Positions 10,647 through 20,500 of a stretch of 64,000 nt of DNA are shown here, one piece after another. Below the pieces are notes generated by a model. It did not search any database. It saw only the letters and a list, made by a program, of their open reading frames with translations, and was not told where the DNA came from. The stretch is from Candidatus Poribacteria bacterium (GTDB lineage: Bacteria > Poribacteria > WGA-4E > PCPOR2b). Numbering within the stretch: position 1 is the stretch's first letter; every line of letters starts with the position of its first letter. The position numbers and the translations under genes are program-made. The DNA lies in assembly GCA_965215015.1 (NCBI GenBank), contig OZ244042.1, forward strand, positions 4,320,001 through 4,384,000, given 5' to 3'.

Positions 10647-11894
10647 TTACCGGGGCTGATCAACTGTAATAAAAACGGCATTGAGGACATCACGTTCACG
10701 CTGTCCAGAGGGACGATTGACAACCTCTCCATCGACCACAAAGGTACTTGATGAGCCTCCATCTAGATTGATAGCTTCTGTCGCCCCGAGTTCAATAAGC
10801 ACGCTTGCAAGCCGATATAGGGATAATCCTGTGCTATACCCCGCCCGTCGTCCGTCCACCACAATTAGTATCAATTTCTGCGTGTTGTAACCGAGAGCGG
10901 TGCGCGGTTCATAGCTCAACGCCAAGTCGCGCTGTCGTTTACCGGGCGTATGCTTCTTCTGGGAGCGGTATTGCTTTTCTAGCATTTCGTTGACTCGTCC
11001 ATTTTTCACAAGTCGAATCCGCCCGCCAATTGCTTGAATGGCACGATTCCAGCTAGGCGGCTCGAGTTCAATTTCGATTTTTCCACGCTTTGTCTCACCC
11101 AATTGGGCTTCTAATTTCTTATCCATTCGTGAGCGAAAGGAAATCACCGCACCGTTTTCAGGGATTGGGTTGTTCCCACCCTTCCCGAAATGATCGATGA
11201 TAAACTCGCTTTGGTATTTGCCTGTAATTGGCAACGGGAGCCCGATTAGAATCATTTCATAAGTCCGCTTGCGGTTCGTGTGCGTCGAGTCACCCATTCG
11301 GGGGGTATAGAGGATAGATCGGCAACCGTCGAGAAATCTCTGGTTGATGCACTCCATCGGGAAGCTATACGTTCCCACGGTCACAACAGCTTCCATTTCA
11401 ACGGGACCAATCAAAAACTCACCCTCCGATGTCACACCAAAACACGCCTCCTCATCAGAAGCAGGTTGCGTCATCAACTCCCCGGCTTGGATATGTAGAT
11501 TTTCCAGCGCACCGCCGTACCCTCTCATGTCACCGAGAACGCCAAATCCACCGTTGATGGCGACTAAGACGCGGCGATCCCCACGCTGCGAGCGTTGATG
11601 GGCGATAAATCTGACGGTTTTCTTGCCTAGGATTTGATCTCCGGCGATTGCCGCTTCAAAATGGAGGTCGGCATGGGAACGGTCCATTTCTGCGACATAA
11701 AGAACACAACCCTCCGCGTGCCAATCGTACCGATAGATATGAACACCCGAATGCAGATTACTGAACAGATTCGTGCGAGTTAGATCGGGATTCCGTAGGA
11801 AGGAAGGATCGTTGCTTCCCATGACAGTTTGACAGGCGATTAGAATAAGACAAAGGAAAATTATGAAGTGAAAAGCAGGTGTTGGTTTATCCAT
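10647..11894 (-). CDS. Phosphodiester glycosidase family protein (NAGPA/DUF2233), probably exported
   Basis: AINGGF, EPRTALG, VVDGR and AINLDGGSSST motifs; start MDKPT overlaps the folB stop; signal/lipobox-like LIAC. Confidence 0.85.
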   Translation of the reverse strand: MDKPTPAFHFIIFLCLILIACQTVMGSNDPSFLRNPDLTRTNLFSNLHSGVHIYRYDWHAEGCVLYVAEMDRSHADLHFEAAIAGDQILGKKTVRFIAHQRSQRGDRRVLVAINGGFGVLGDMRGYGGALENLHIQAGELMTQPASDEEACFGVTSEGEFLIGPVEMEAVVTVGTYSFPMECINQRFLDGCRSILYTPRMGDSTHTNRKRTYEMILIGLPLPITGKYQSEFIIDHFGKGGNNPIPENGAVISFRSRMDKKLEAQLGETKRGKIEIELEPPSWNRAIQAIGGRIRLVKNGRVNEMLEKQYRSQKKHTPGKRQRDLALSYEPRTALGYNTQKLILIVVDGRRAGYSTGLSLYRLASVLIELGATEAINLDGGSSSTFVVDGEVVNRPSGQRERDVLNAVFITVDQPR

Positions 11895-12255
11895 TTGCTT
11901 TTCGCTTTCTATGGATTTCGATGCCTGCATAGGTGAGTGCCGGTTCGATGGGGGGGGATAATTTTTTGACAGTGATTCGGACGGCCTCGATTTGGAATTG
12001 AGCGAGGAGTGCCTCCGCCATCGTTTCGGCGAGGGCTTCGATGAGTTGAAATGATTGCTGGGTCCCAATTTCAATTATCAGTTGGACAACTTGGACGTAG
12101 TTGATTGTGTGGGCGAGGTCATCAGCTTTGCCAGCGGCGGAGAGGTTGGTCGTCAACTCAAGGTCTATTTCATACTTCTGCCCAAGCTGACGCTCTGCTT
12201 TTGCGACGCCGTGATAGCCGTGAAATCGAACGCCTTTGAGAATGATTTTGTCCAT
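11887..12255 (-). CDS. folB: Dihydroneopterin aldolase
   Basis: FHGYHGV..AER.LGQ, TINY and LIEALAE motifs. Confidence 0.93.
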   Translation of the reverse strand: MDKIILKGVRFHGYHGVAKAERQLGQKYEIDLELTTNLSAAGKADDLAHTINYVQVVQLIIEIGTQQSFQLIEALAETMAEALLAQFQIEAVRITVKKLSPPIEPALTYAGIEIHRKRKANG

Positions 12256-12925
12256 TACTTCAAGATCCGCATTTTACGGGTTTCAGTGTAATCATTAGCT
12301 GTCAGCGTGTAGAAGTACATTCCAGCTGCAACCGATTCCCCGATCTCGTCCCATCCCTTCCAATACGCAGCCCTAGGTTGAAAGGTGCAAAAACCTGCTT
12401 TCTGATACCCCAGATCCAATCGGCGCACTAATGCGCCGTTGGTGCCGGAGATTGTGATCTACACATCGGTGTCGTTGGCGAGTTGATAAGGCATTCACGT
12501 CCCCGCGTTGAATAGATTAGGATAGTTAGCAGTGTCGTTTCTGTCCCTGTCGGTTGTTGGAAAGGTGGGGTGATAGGCGTGAGGTACAGCGACATATCCC
12601 ACAGCAGAATCGTTCCAACCCTTGCCCCCGATGCGAGCTTTGTGCCATCGGGTGAAAATCCTATAAACGCAAATGCCCCCGTATACCCAGTGAGCAGTGC
12701 ACGTTCACGTCCCGTCTTCACATCTAAAACCAGGCACCGATGATAGTTACCACAGCGAGATGTGAGCCATCGGGCGAGAACGTAATATACCTAATCCTTA
12801 CCTTTCCGAAGCGGGCGATCGCGCCATGGGGTAAACTCCATATCTGATAATCTTGATAATTTCGGGCAGTGGCAACCGGCAGGGGAAGCAGCCCCGCAGC
12901 AAGGTGAGGCAGATCCACATGAAAA
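12255..12925 (-). pseudogene. Degraded WD40-repeat protein with a secreted-protein (T9SS/FlgD-like) C-terminal domain
   Basis: Fragments in different frames: WSLPHGAIARFGK..ITFSPDGSHLAV; FSPDGTKLASG..TILLWD; GALVRRLDLGYQKAG..AAYWKGWDEIGESVAAGMYFYTLTA..TRKMRILK*. Its stop overlaps the folB ATG (TAATG); 5' boundary approximate. Confidence 0.7.
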
Positions 12926-13000
12926 AGCTTGCTCTCCTGAAAACAGGGATAAAAGGAAAAAGTTGTTTTTTTATTAGCCCTGCGTGGTAGAAGGACATCA

Positions 13001-14062
13001 CTACCAATCCTCATCATAAAAAGAGGTGCTTGGATAACTGTAGATGTTGCCCTCGTAGTTTTTCAACTGGATCTCCTCATCGTCAAATGACACAACTGGA
13101 TTGGGGATGAGTGCGATTTTGCCACCGCCCCCGGGGGCATCAACCACATAGTGCGGCACGCCGAGTCCAGAGATATGCCCGCGTAAAGCAGCGACGATTT
13201 CCAGTCCTTTTTTGATCGATGTGCGAAAGTGGTCTGTCCCGTAAACGAGGTCTGCCTGATAGATATAGTAGGGTCTCACGCGGATTTTGAGGAGTTTCTT
13301 CATTAAATCAACCATAACCTCGGGATCGTCGTTGACACCTTTGAGAAGAACTGCCTGATTGCCGACGGGGATACCGGCATCAGCCAACATGCCACACGCT
13401 TTCTCGGTTTCCGGTGTAACTTCTCGCGGGTGGTTGAAGTGGGTGTTAATGTAAAAAGGGTGGTACTGCTTGAGAATCGCACATAACTCCGGCGTGATGC
13501 GTTGTGGCAGGGTAACGGGGACGCGCGAACCGATTCGGATAATTTCGAGATGTTCGATGGCGCGGAGGCTGCCGACGATGTAATCAATCTTCCGATCCGT
13601 CAGCATCAGTGAATCCCCGCCGGAGATAATCACGTCACGAATTTCGGAGTGACTGCGGATATAGTCCAAGCCCATCTCGATATTGTTGTCGGGAATGGAG
13701 TCCGGGTCCCCCACTTTGCGTTTTCGGGTGCAGAATCGGCAGTAGATTGGACACATGTAATTGACATAAAACAGGACCCGATCCGGATAGCGATGTGTGA
13801 CGTTCGGAACATGGCTATCATCTTCTTCACCGAGTGGGTCGTCTTCTTCAAAACCGGTTCTGATCAATTCTTTGGGATCCGGGACAACCTGTTTCCAGAT
13901 CGGGTCTCCCGGTTCCTCGATCAAACTCAAATAGTAAGGATTGATACGAATAGGAAATACTTCGTGAACACGCCGTATCTCGTCGAGATCAACATCGAAG
14001 GTAGCGGCAAGTTTTTCAGGGGTGTTGACTGTATCCCGAACGAGCTTTTTCCATTCTTCCAT
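13001..14062 (-). CDS. kamA: KamA family radical SAM protein (lysine 2,3-aminomutase-like)
   Basis: HRYPDRV, CPIYCRFCTRKR, HFNHPRE, NQAVLLKGVNDD and DAPGGGGKI motifs. Confidence 0.88.
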   Translation of the reverse strand: MEEWKKLVRDTVNTPEKLAATFDVDLDEIRRVHEVFPIRINPYYLSLIEEPGDPIWKQVVPDPKELIRTGFEEDDPLGEEDDSHVPNVTHRYPDRVLFYVNYMCPIYCRFCTRKRKVGDPDSIPDNNIEMGLDYIRSHSEIRDVIISGGDSLMLTDRKIDYIVGSLRAIEHLEIIRIGSRVPVTLPQRITPELCAILKQYHPFYINTHFNHPREVTPETEKACGMLADAGIPVGNQAVLLKGVNDDPEVMVDLMKKLLKIRVRPYYIYQADLVYGTDHFRTSIKKGLEIVAALRGHISGLGVPHYVVDAPGGGGKIALIPNPVVSFDDEEIQLKNYEGNIYSYPSTSFYDEDW

Positions 14063-14086
14063 GAGATTTATTTGCCTTTCTCGTAA

Positions 14087-14641
14087 TTATTTTTCACTTT
14101 CTTTCTTTCGCGATTGGTAGTCCTTGAGTGTGACCTTGTTCATCTTATCACCTTCGCGGAGTTGATCTACCACATCCAACCCTTCGATGACACGTCCAAA
14201 GGTGGTGTACTCGCCTTCGAGGTGCTGATACCGTTCGGAATCCGGATCCAAGCAAATATAAAATTGGCTGCCCGCAGTATTCGGTTGTTGTCGTCGTGCC
14301 ATGGCGACAACTCCTTTTTCGTGCTTGGGCATTTTGGACCGAAGTTGGGGATCTTGGAATTCGCCGTAGATGGTCCATCCGGGTCCCCCGGTGCCATCAC
14401 CTTTTGGGTCGCCTCCTTGAATGACAAACTCGGGCGCATAGCGATGGAAACGGAGTCCATCGTAGAACCCTTGTTGGATGAGAGTTGCGAAATTATCCAC
14501 TGTTTTCGGTGCGGCATCGGGGTAAAGTTCGATGACAATCCGCCCCTTGTTCGTTTCCAAAACTGCATTGGGTTTGGATTTGTCACACCCGTTGCAGGTG
14601 GTGAGGAGGACAATCCACAGACATATCAGAGATTGGTTCAT
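14087..14641 (-). CDS. Cyclophilin-type peptidyl-prolyl isomerase, probable lipoprotein
   Basis: APKTVDNF, FYDGLRFHR, IQGGDP and AGSQFYI motifs; N-terminal signal with Cys. Confidence 0.9.
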   Translation of the reverse strand: MNQSLICLWIVLLTTCNGCDKSKPNAVLETNKGRIVIELYPDAAPKTVDNFATLIQQGFYDGLRFHRYAPEFVIQGGDPKGDGTGGPGWTIYGEFQDPQLRSKMPKHEKGVVAMARRQQPNTAGSQFYICLDPDSERYQHLEGEYTTFGRVIEGLDVVDQLREGDKMNKVTLKDYQSRKKESEK

Positions 14642-14914
14642 GTTAAAATAAAGTGTAAAATGCTAAAAGCGTGAAATGTAAAAACTATTGGTTCATTGGT
14701 TTATTGATGCAGTTGGGCCAAGAAGTCCCATCCGATCAGGACAACAGAATCGTGAGTTTACGGTTTCGTAAGCGTTGGAACAACGAAACGAAATCGGAAC
14801 CCGATCCACGGGCCCATGTCAAAGGAAAGTGCAAAATGCCAAGAGAAATCGAGTTTTTGCCAAAAATTCGGTTTCTGGTTCTGCTTAACGCGGGAACTAT
14901 TTTCGCTACCCGCG

Positions 14915-16105
14915 CTATACGGTTTCAGCGAGCGACTTCTTGAGGATTGAAACCGCTTCATCGACATGCGCTGTAGTGATATTAAGTGGTGGCAAAAAGC
15001 GAAGAACATAATCGTTTGTGCAGATTGTGATTAAACCATTTTCGATACACTTGGCGGCGAGTGCGTTGGCATCAACAGATAGCACCAATCCACGTAGCAA
15101 GCCTTTGCCACGTACCTCTTTAATCGGGTACTGATCTTTAAGGGCCATCAGTTTGCTCTCCAGATAATCACCCATTTTGACCGCATTTTCACCAAGATTT
15201 TCATCAAGGATGGTGTTTATCGTTGCACACGCTGCGGCGGTTACCAGCGGATTCCCCCCAAACGTCGCCGCGTGGGTGCCGGGGACAAAACTCGCTGCGA
15301 TATGCCCCTTAGCGAGCATCGCACCGATTGGCGCGCCTCCACCGAGGGACTTTGCCATGGTGATAATGTCCGGGATAATACCGTAGCTTTGATACCCGAA
15401 CAATGGACCGAGCCGTCCCATCGCTGTTTGGACTTCGTCAAGGATAAGCACCAGATTGTGTTTGTCGCAGAGCTCTCGAAGCCCTTGGAGGTAACCACTG
15501 CTTGGTGTGTTGACACCGCCTTCAGACTGGATCGCCTCCACAAGGATGCCGCAGGTCTTTTCGCTGATTGCAGCTTTCACCGCCGAGAGATCATCATACG
15601 GGACATAGGTGAATCCGGGAACCATCGGCTCAAATCCCTTGTGATATTTGGTTTGAGCGGTTGCCGTTATCGTTGCCATCGTACGCCCATGGAACGAGTT
15701 GTCCATTGTGATGATTTCGTAGGCGTCGGGGCTGCCTTGGTCTTTGATAAACTTCCGTGCGAGTTTAATTCCTGCTTCGTTAGCTTCGGCTCCACTGTTG
15801 CAGAAGAAGCACTGATCTAGATCGCAGTTATCGATAAGCAATTTTGCCAATTGGGCTTGTGGTTCAATATAGTAGAGATTAGAAATATGCAGAAGTTTTC
15901 CGGCTTGTTCCCGGATGGCTGCGACCACGTTGGGATGGCAATGTCCCAAACCGTTGACAGCTAAACCGCCCAGGAAATCGAGGTATCTCTTCCCCTCCGC
16001 ATCCCAGAGGTAAGCCCCTTCTCCACGGATGAACGCCAGTGAGCGTTCACCGTAGGTGTTCATAATATACTCTGTAGCCATTGCTTTAATTTCAGCGGTT
16101 GTCAT
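14915..16105 (-). CDS. argD: Acetylornithine aminotransferase
   Basis: FCNSGAEANE, SFHGRT, DEVQT, TMAKSLGGG and TFGGNPL motifs. Confidence 0.88.
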   Translation of the reverse strand: MTTAEIKAMATEYIMNTYGERSLAFIRGEGAYLWDAEGKRYLDFLGGLAVNGLGHCHPNVVAAIREQAGKLLHISNLYYIEPQAQLAKLLIDNCDLDQCFFCNSGAEANEAGIKLARKFIKDQGSPDAYEIITMDNSFHGRTMATITATAQTKYHKGFEPMVPGFTYVPYDDLSAVKAAISEKTCGILVEAIQSEGGVNTPSSGYLQGLRELCDKHNLVLILDEVQTAMGRLGPLFGYQSYGIIPDIITMAKSLGGGAPIGAMLAKGHIAASFVPGTHAATFGGNPLVTAAACATINTILDENLGENAVKMGDYLESKLMALKDQYPIKEVRGKGLLRGLVLSVDANALAAKCIENGLITICTNDYVLRFLPPLNITTAHVDEAVSILKKSLAETV

Positions 16106-16156
16106 TTTGTATGTTCTCCTTCTAGGGTGAGGGTACGTCTATTGACCCAACAAACC

Positions 16157-16178
16157 CTGACTGCCTCACGGCAGTCGG
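16157..16178 (-). terminator. GC-rich hairpin, possible terminator
   Basis: CCGACTGCC-GTGA-GGCAGTCAG on the - strand, followed by a weak T-rich tail. Confidence 0.35.
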
Positions 16179-16189
16179 TTAAATAGCAA

Positions 16190-16354
16190 TAGGACTTACG
16201 TAGTTGAACGTTTAAAGCCTCGTAGGGGCAACCCCAAGGGTTGCCCTCAAACATTACCAAACCGTGAATCCACGATTTCGTAGGGAACGCAAATCTACGT
16301 CCCTACCTCCGCTCACTAAATTGTACGACTGCCAGCTGAAGTGTGTAAGTCCTA
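16190..16354. mobile_element. MITE family A, copy 1
   Basis: TIRs TAGGACTTACG / TGTAAGTCCTA; internal GTAG hairpins GTAGGGGCAACCCCAAGGGTTGCCCT and GTAGGGAACG..CGTCCCTAC. Confidence 0.7.
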
Positions 16355-16564
16355 AGTAAATTCAATGATGCCGTGCATATCCACCAAGCCTTACAGATTC
16401 TCCTTATATTTAAGTATAACCCCCCACATGGAAGTAAGGAAGTAAGTTTGATGAGTTGATATGTCAAATCAATATAGTATCAAATATTATAAGGGAAATA
16501 TGGCTGATATTCAAGATCAAAGTCATCAAAGAACAGGAAAAATTTGAGTATTCATTTAAATAAG

Positions 16565-16876
16565 TTAAGATGGACGTCCCTTCCGACTACTTGTCTGATT
16601 TTGGGGATGGTAGCCGGGGCAGATCAGTACAGGCAGATGTGGATACATCTGAAAGTCAGCGTCAGATTTTGAGAGAAGACACAGATAGAAACGGTTCTGG
16701 TTGGCGTTTTCGATTATTTTAACGTGCTGGCAGGTTTGACACAGTCCAATTTCTACAAGGCTTTTAGTTTTCACGGCATTCAACTGGAATACTGGCCCGC
16801 TGTGCCATAGACAGATTTTTCCAATCCTGTGAGTATTCCACGGGATTGGCGTTTGATAACTTGGCGTATCGGTCAT
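16565..16876 (-). CDS. Small hypothetical protein with a Cys-rich (probable metal-binding) domain
   Basis: GLCQTCQH...FYLCLLS..D..F..YP.LPVLICPGY; begins immediately after the upstream PTPS-family gene. Confidence 0.6.
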   Translation of the reverse strand: MTDTPSYQTPIPWNTHRIGKICLWHSGPVFQLNAVKTKSLVEIGLCQTCQHVKIIENANQNRFYLCLLSKSDADFQMYPHLPVLICPGYHPQNQTSSRKGRPS

Positions 16877-16877
16877 T

Positions 16878-17264
16878 TTAGTCCGCTTCTAAGCGAGCTG
16901 CCCCCCACTCCTTCCCTGCTAATTCGCGCAACTCAACTTCAACGGCCTTGAGCTCAACACCTGCGTCCAATTCCTCTAGAGCTTGGGAAACATACGTATA
17001 GAAATAGGCAGCAAGCATTTCACAGGTGGGGCAAGCTGACTGTTCCTCGGTTAGGATGGGGTTTTCATTCAGGTAGGTGTCGGCAAGTTTTTCGACGTAT
17101 GGGTCGGTGAGTTGGCGCAGCTTAAGAATGTCAATCACCATACCGTTTTTTGGGATGCCCCTCACGAACAGCTTTAGCGTCCAATAGTGATTGTGGGGCT
17201 TTTCCCGAACAGAGAGGCTATGGCTTGCGTAAAATTCAAACGGGACGATGACGGTTGTGTACAA
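16878..17264 (-). CDS. 6-pyruvoyl-tetrahydropterin synthase/QueD family (COG0720) protein
   Basis: FYASHSL, EKPHNH, GMVID, YLNE and PTCEMLA motifs; TTG start. Confidence 0.8.
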   Translation of the reverse strand: MYTTVIVPFEFYASHSLSVREKPHNHYWTLKLFVRGIPKNGMVIDILKLRQLTDPYVEKLADTYLNENPILTEEQSACPTCEMLAAYFYTYVSQALEELDAGVELKAVEVELRELAGKEWGAARLEAD

Positions 17265-17526
17265 GCGTTAATTCCTTTCTTTTAATATGCCTCGTAAAAT
17301 TTTGGAGATGTGTAATTAACTTACAATGATAGGCGATCTTGCAGTTGTTGTCAAGCTGACTCACCTTAAAAAATTAATCCTAGATCAGGATTTGGCGTTG
17401 AAAAATAGATGTTGATATGAGATAATGAACATCCGTGTAGGGTGGTCAGGGTAGGAGGTTAGAACAGGGGCTTCCTGTTTCTGCCTCTTTTCCTTTTTGG
17501 GAGGTTGGACGATGATAGTAGCAAAC

Positions 17527-19425
17527 ATGCCAAAAAATATAGTTTTCATCAAGGCGACGGAGATTTCCGCGCCGCCGGCGTGGGCACTCATGGAGCGTCA
17601 ACTTATCTGCCTCATGGAGAAGGCGGTGGATTTGGCGGCACAGAAGTATGGTCGTCTAGATGGAACCCCTTATAATGTGAACGATGTTGATGATACATAC
17701 GAAGCGCATTCATACAAGGGACTCCTCTACGCCATTGGTGCAGAGGAAAGCGTACTCGAAGTCGGTCTCCAAGAGTGGAATGCGATTACCCGGCTTTATG
17801 ATGATGGGGTTGTGCGCCGGAACGATGAACCGCAACACCCGGAATTTCGGGTACAACTCCACAATGAATACTACAACTTGAACGGTCCTGCTGACTGGTT
17901 TCACATGGGCGAAGGGAATCAGTCTTTTTACTGCTTCGGTTTGGCAGATCCAACCCATCCGGAAAACATCGGACGTGCCAAACGGTTCGCAGCGATGTAT
18001 ATGGCTGAAGACACTGGAGCACCCAACTATGACCCTCAATATAAAATCATTCGTTCCCCTTTCCACGGCAGCGTCGGTCCCCGCTTTCACGCAGACCTTG
18101 CGATGGCAAAGATGCTGCTGGACCCAATCTACTATCCGGGCGGCGTTGCCCGTGGGCACGCTCAGCGGTCGAACCTCTATCCGATAGTCAAGGATTTGGA
18201 AGATGATTGGTTTGAAAACCCGGAGCGGGCAGAAGAAATTCTAAGGATTTTCGATGACGTTGTTCTTAACGGTGACATCCCTGACAATTTAGCGGCTACC
18301 GGTCTGATCACCAATGCGTATCTCTACACCGGTGAGGAGAAGTATAAGCGGTGGGTACTGGAATATACCGAAGCTTGGATGGATCGGACACGCGATAATA
18401 ACGGGATTATTCCTGATAACGTCGGACCCACAGGGAAGGTGGGAGAGCAGCGCAACGGTCAGTGGTGGGGGGGATTTTATGGTTGGAATAGTCGCAACTC
18501 CGCCCGTAATGCGTTTTTGGCAGCGACCATCGCCTCTGAATGCTCCCTATTGCTCACCGGCGACTTTGGCTATCTGGAGTTCATCCGCTCACAGATTGAA
18601 TTCTTGTTGAGTCTGGCTAGGACGCGAGAAGACGGTCAACTGCTCGTCCCGACGCGAATCACTCCCGATGGTTGGGAGGGGTATCAGCCGAGGGGAATTC
18701 AGTGGTTGGCGCGGGTGTATCATGCCTCAATGGAGGCAAGGGATTATGAGCTAATTACAAGGCTGCGTGCGGGTGAAAGGGAGAGTGATTGGAATGAAGT
18801 CGAGGTCGCAGGCGACCGGAGCAGCGGGAATCTGGAAGCGCGTTTTAACTACTACGATGGCGTAAACCCCGATTGGCCCGAAAAGCGGTTACAGACAGAG
18901 TATCAGTACGTCTTGGGAATGTATGAGTTTATGCGTCGAGATCCACGCGATAGCGCGCAGATTATCGCTGACAACCGGTGGCCCCCTAACCCTGTCGTCA
19001 CCAAGGGGCTTACGCAAGTAACAATGGGTTCACCGCAGCCTATCTATAACGGCGGGCTGTTACGTGCAACGGTACGCTATTTCGACATGGATTGTGCTCG
19101 GCCGGGGCTCCCGAAAGATGTCGCTGCCTTGGTCGATAAATTGGACTCTGATCGGGTGGGCATCCAACTTGTGAACCTTAGCCGAACTGAAACCCGAAAT
19201 GTGATTGTACAGGCGGGTGCTTTTGGGGAACACCAGTTCACTCAAATCCAATTTCAGACAACCGATCAAGAAGAAACATCGGAGAGGACTGTCCCTGTTG
19301 ATAGTAGGTATTTCGTAGTTGAACTTTCTCCCTCTACAAATATTCAATTGGAGGGAGGGATACAACGTTTTGTGAATCAACCGAGCTATGCCTTTCCGTG
19401 GCATGGTGCCGGTGCCATTTTGTAA
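17527..19425 (+). CDS. Conserved hypothetical protein (~630 aa, Trp/Tyr/Asp-rich)
   Basis: Long ORF; DWFHMGEG, GIIPDNVG and QWWGGFYGW segments; start uncertain (17497, 17512 or 17527). Confidence 0.75.
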   Translation: MPKNIVFIKATEISAPPAWALMERQLICLMEKAVDLAAQKYGRLDGTPYNVNDVDDTYEAHSYKGLLYAIGAEESVLEVGLQEWNAITRLYDDGVVRRNDEPQHPEFRVQLHNEYYNLNGPADWFHMGEGNQSFYCFGLADPTHPENIGRAKRFAAMYMAEDTGAPNYDPQYKIIRSPFHGSVGPRFHADLAMAKMLLDPIYYPGGVARGHAQRSNLYPIVKDLEDDWFENPERAEEILRIFDDVVLNGDIPDNLAATGLITNAYLYTGEEKYKRWVLEYTEAWMDRTRDNNGIIPDNVGPTGKVGEQRNGQWWGGFYGWNSRNSARNAFLAATIASECSLLLTGDFGYLEFIRSQIEFLLSLARTREDGQLLVPTRITPDGWEGYQPRGIQWLARVYHASMEARDYELITRLRAGERESDWNEVEVAGDRSSGNLEARFNYYDGVNPDWPEKRLQTEYQYVLGMYEFMRRDPRDSAQIIADNRWPPNPVVTKGLTQVTMGSPQPIYNGGLLRATVRYFDMDCARPGLPKDVAALVDKLDSDRVGIQLVNLSRTETRNVIVQAGAFGEHQFTQIQFQTTDQEETSERTVPVDSRYFVVELSPSTNIQLEGGIQRFVNQPSYAFPWHGAGAIL

Positions 19426-19447
19426 ATAAATTCAAAAAGGTAATTAT

Positions 19448-20476
19448 ATGGCCAGACAGACTGCTGTAAGTATCGCTGAAGATGCGTTTTACATCAATGG
19501 AAAAATAACCTATCCGGGTCGATTTTATAACGGGCATAAAATTGAGGGGCTACTCCTCAATTCGCGGATGGTGCAGGGGATTTTCGACGATCGGAATCCG
19601 GAGACTGTCCGCATGTGGGCGTATCCCGACACCGACGAATGGGACGCGGAAAGGAACACGCGAGAGTTTCTAGAGGCAATCCCTGAATGGAAATCTTATG
19701 GGTTGCTCGCATTCACAATTAATCTTCAAGGTGGCAGTCCCGAAGGATACTCAAAAGAGCAGCCCTGGCACAATTCGGGAATTGAAGCCGATGGCAGCTT
19801 GAATCCCGATTATCTCGATCGACTGACTCGCATCATTGATCGTGCAGATGAACTTGGGATGGTTGTAATTTTGGGTTATTTCTACTTCGGGCAAGATCAG
19901 CGCGTCCGTGACGAGGAGGCGGTCATTCGTGGTGTGGATAACGTTACGCACTGGACCTTCGATCAGGGCTATACAAATGTTCTCGTTGAGGTCAACAACG
20001 AATGCAATGTCCAGCGATATATTCACGACATCCTGAAACCGGACCGCGTTCATGAGTTAATTGAACGAGTTAAGGGAATAACCCGCGATGGGCGGCTGCT
20101 ACTTGTCGGGACGAGCTACGGTGGGGGAAGGGTCTCACGGGAGAATGTCGTGCGAGCATCCGATTTTCTGCTAATGCACGGCAACGGTGTCCGCGACCCC
20201 AACCGTATCGCAGAAATGGTTCATCAGGCGCGACAGGTGCCCGGCTATCGAACCATGCCGATTCTGTTCAACGAAGATGATCATTTTGATTTCGACAAGC
20301 CGCTCAATAACTTTGTCGCTGCGATTAGCGAGTATGCCTCGTGGGGTTATTTTGATCCGGGTGAGAATAACTACCGCGATGGCTACCAGAGTGTGCCGGT
20401 GCAGTGGGGACTCAACACAAAACGTAAGAAGGCTTTCTTTGAGAAGGTTCGACAAATCGTGGGCGATAGCGCGTAA
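19448..20476 (+). CDS. Putative glycoside hydrolase (clan GH-A-like TIM barrel)
   Basis: EVNNEC acid/base-like motif and PILFNEDD nucleophile-like motif; FYINGK N-terminus. Confidence 0.6.
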   Translation: MARQTAVSIAEDAFYINGKITYPGRFYNGHKIEGLLLNSRMVQGIFDDRNPETVRMWAYPDTDEWDAERNTREFLEAIPEWKSYGLLAFTINLQGGSPEGYSKEQPWHNSGIEADGSLNPDYLDRLTRIIDRADELGMVVILGYFYFGQDQRVRDEEAVIRGVDNVTHWTFDQGYTNVLVEVNNECNVQRYIHDILKPDRVHELIERVKGITRDGRLLLVGTSYGGGRVSRENVVRASDFLLMHGNGVRDPNRIAEMVHQARQVPGYRTMPILFNEDDHFDFDKPLNNFVAAISEYASWGYFDPGENNYRDGYQSVPVQWGLNTKRKKAFFEKVRQIVGDSA

Positions 20477-20500
20477 ACGGATGTCAATCTATCTTTGAAC

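Noticed and set aside
11895-12074. N-terminal extension of the phosphodiester glycosidase ORF
   Set aside because: Overlaps folB in another frame
14114-14674. Long antisense ORFs (here and opposite leuC, rpsA, modB and the Rieske genes)
   Set aside because: Shadow frames of well-supported genes, with no motifs of their own
16540-16562. ArgR box upstream of argD
   Set aside because: Only one half-site (TGAATA) in AT-rich DNA, far from the start
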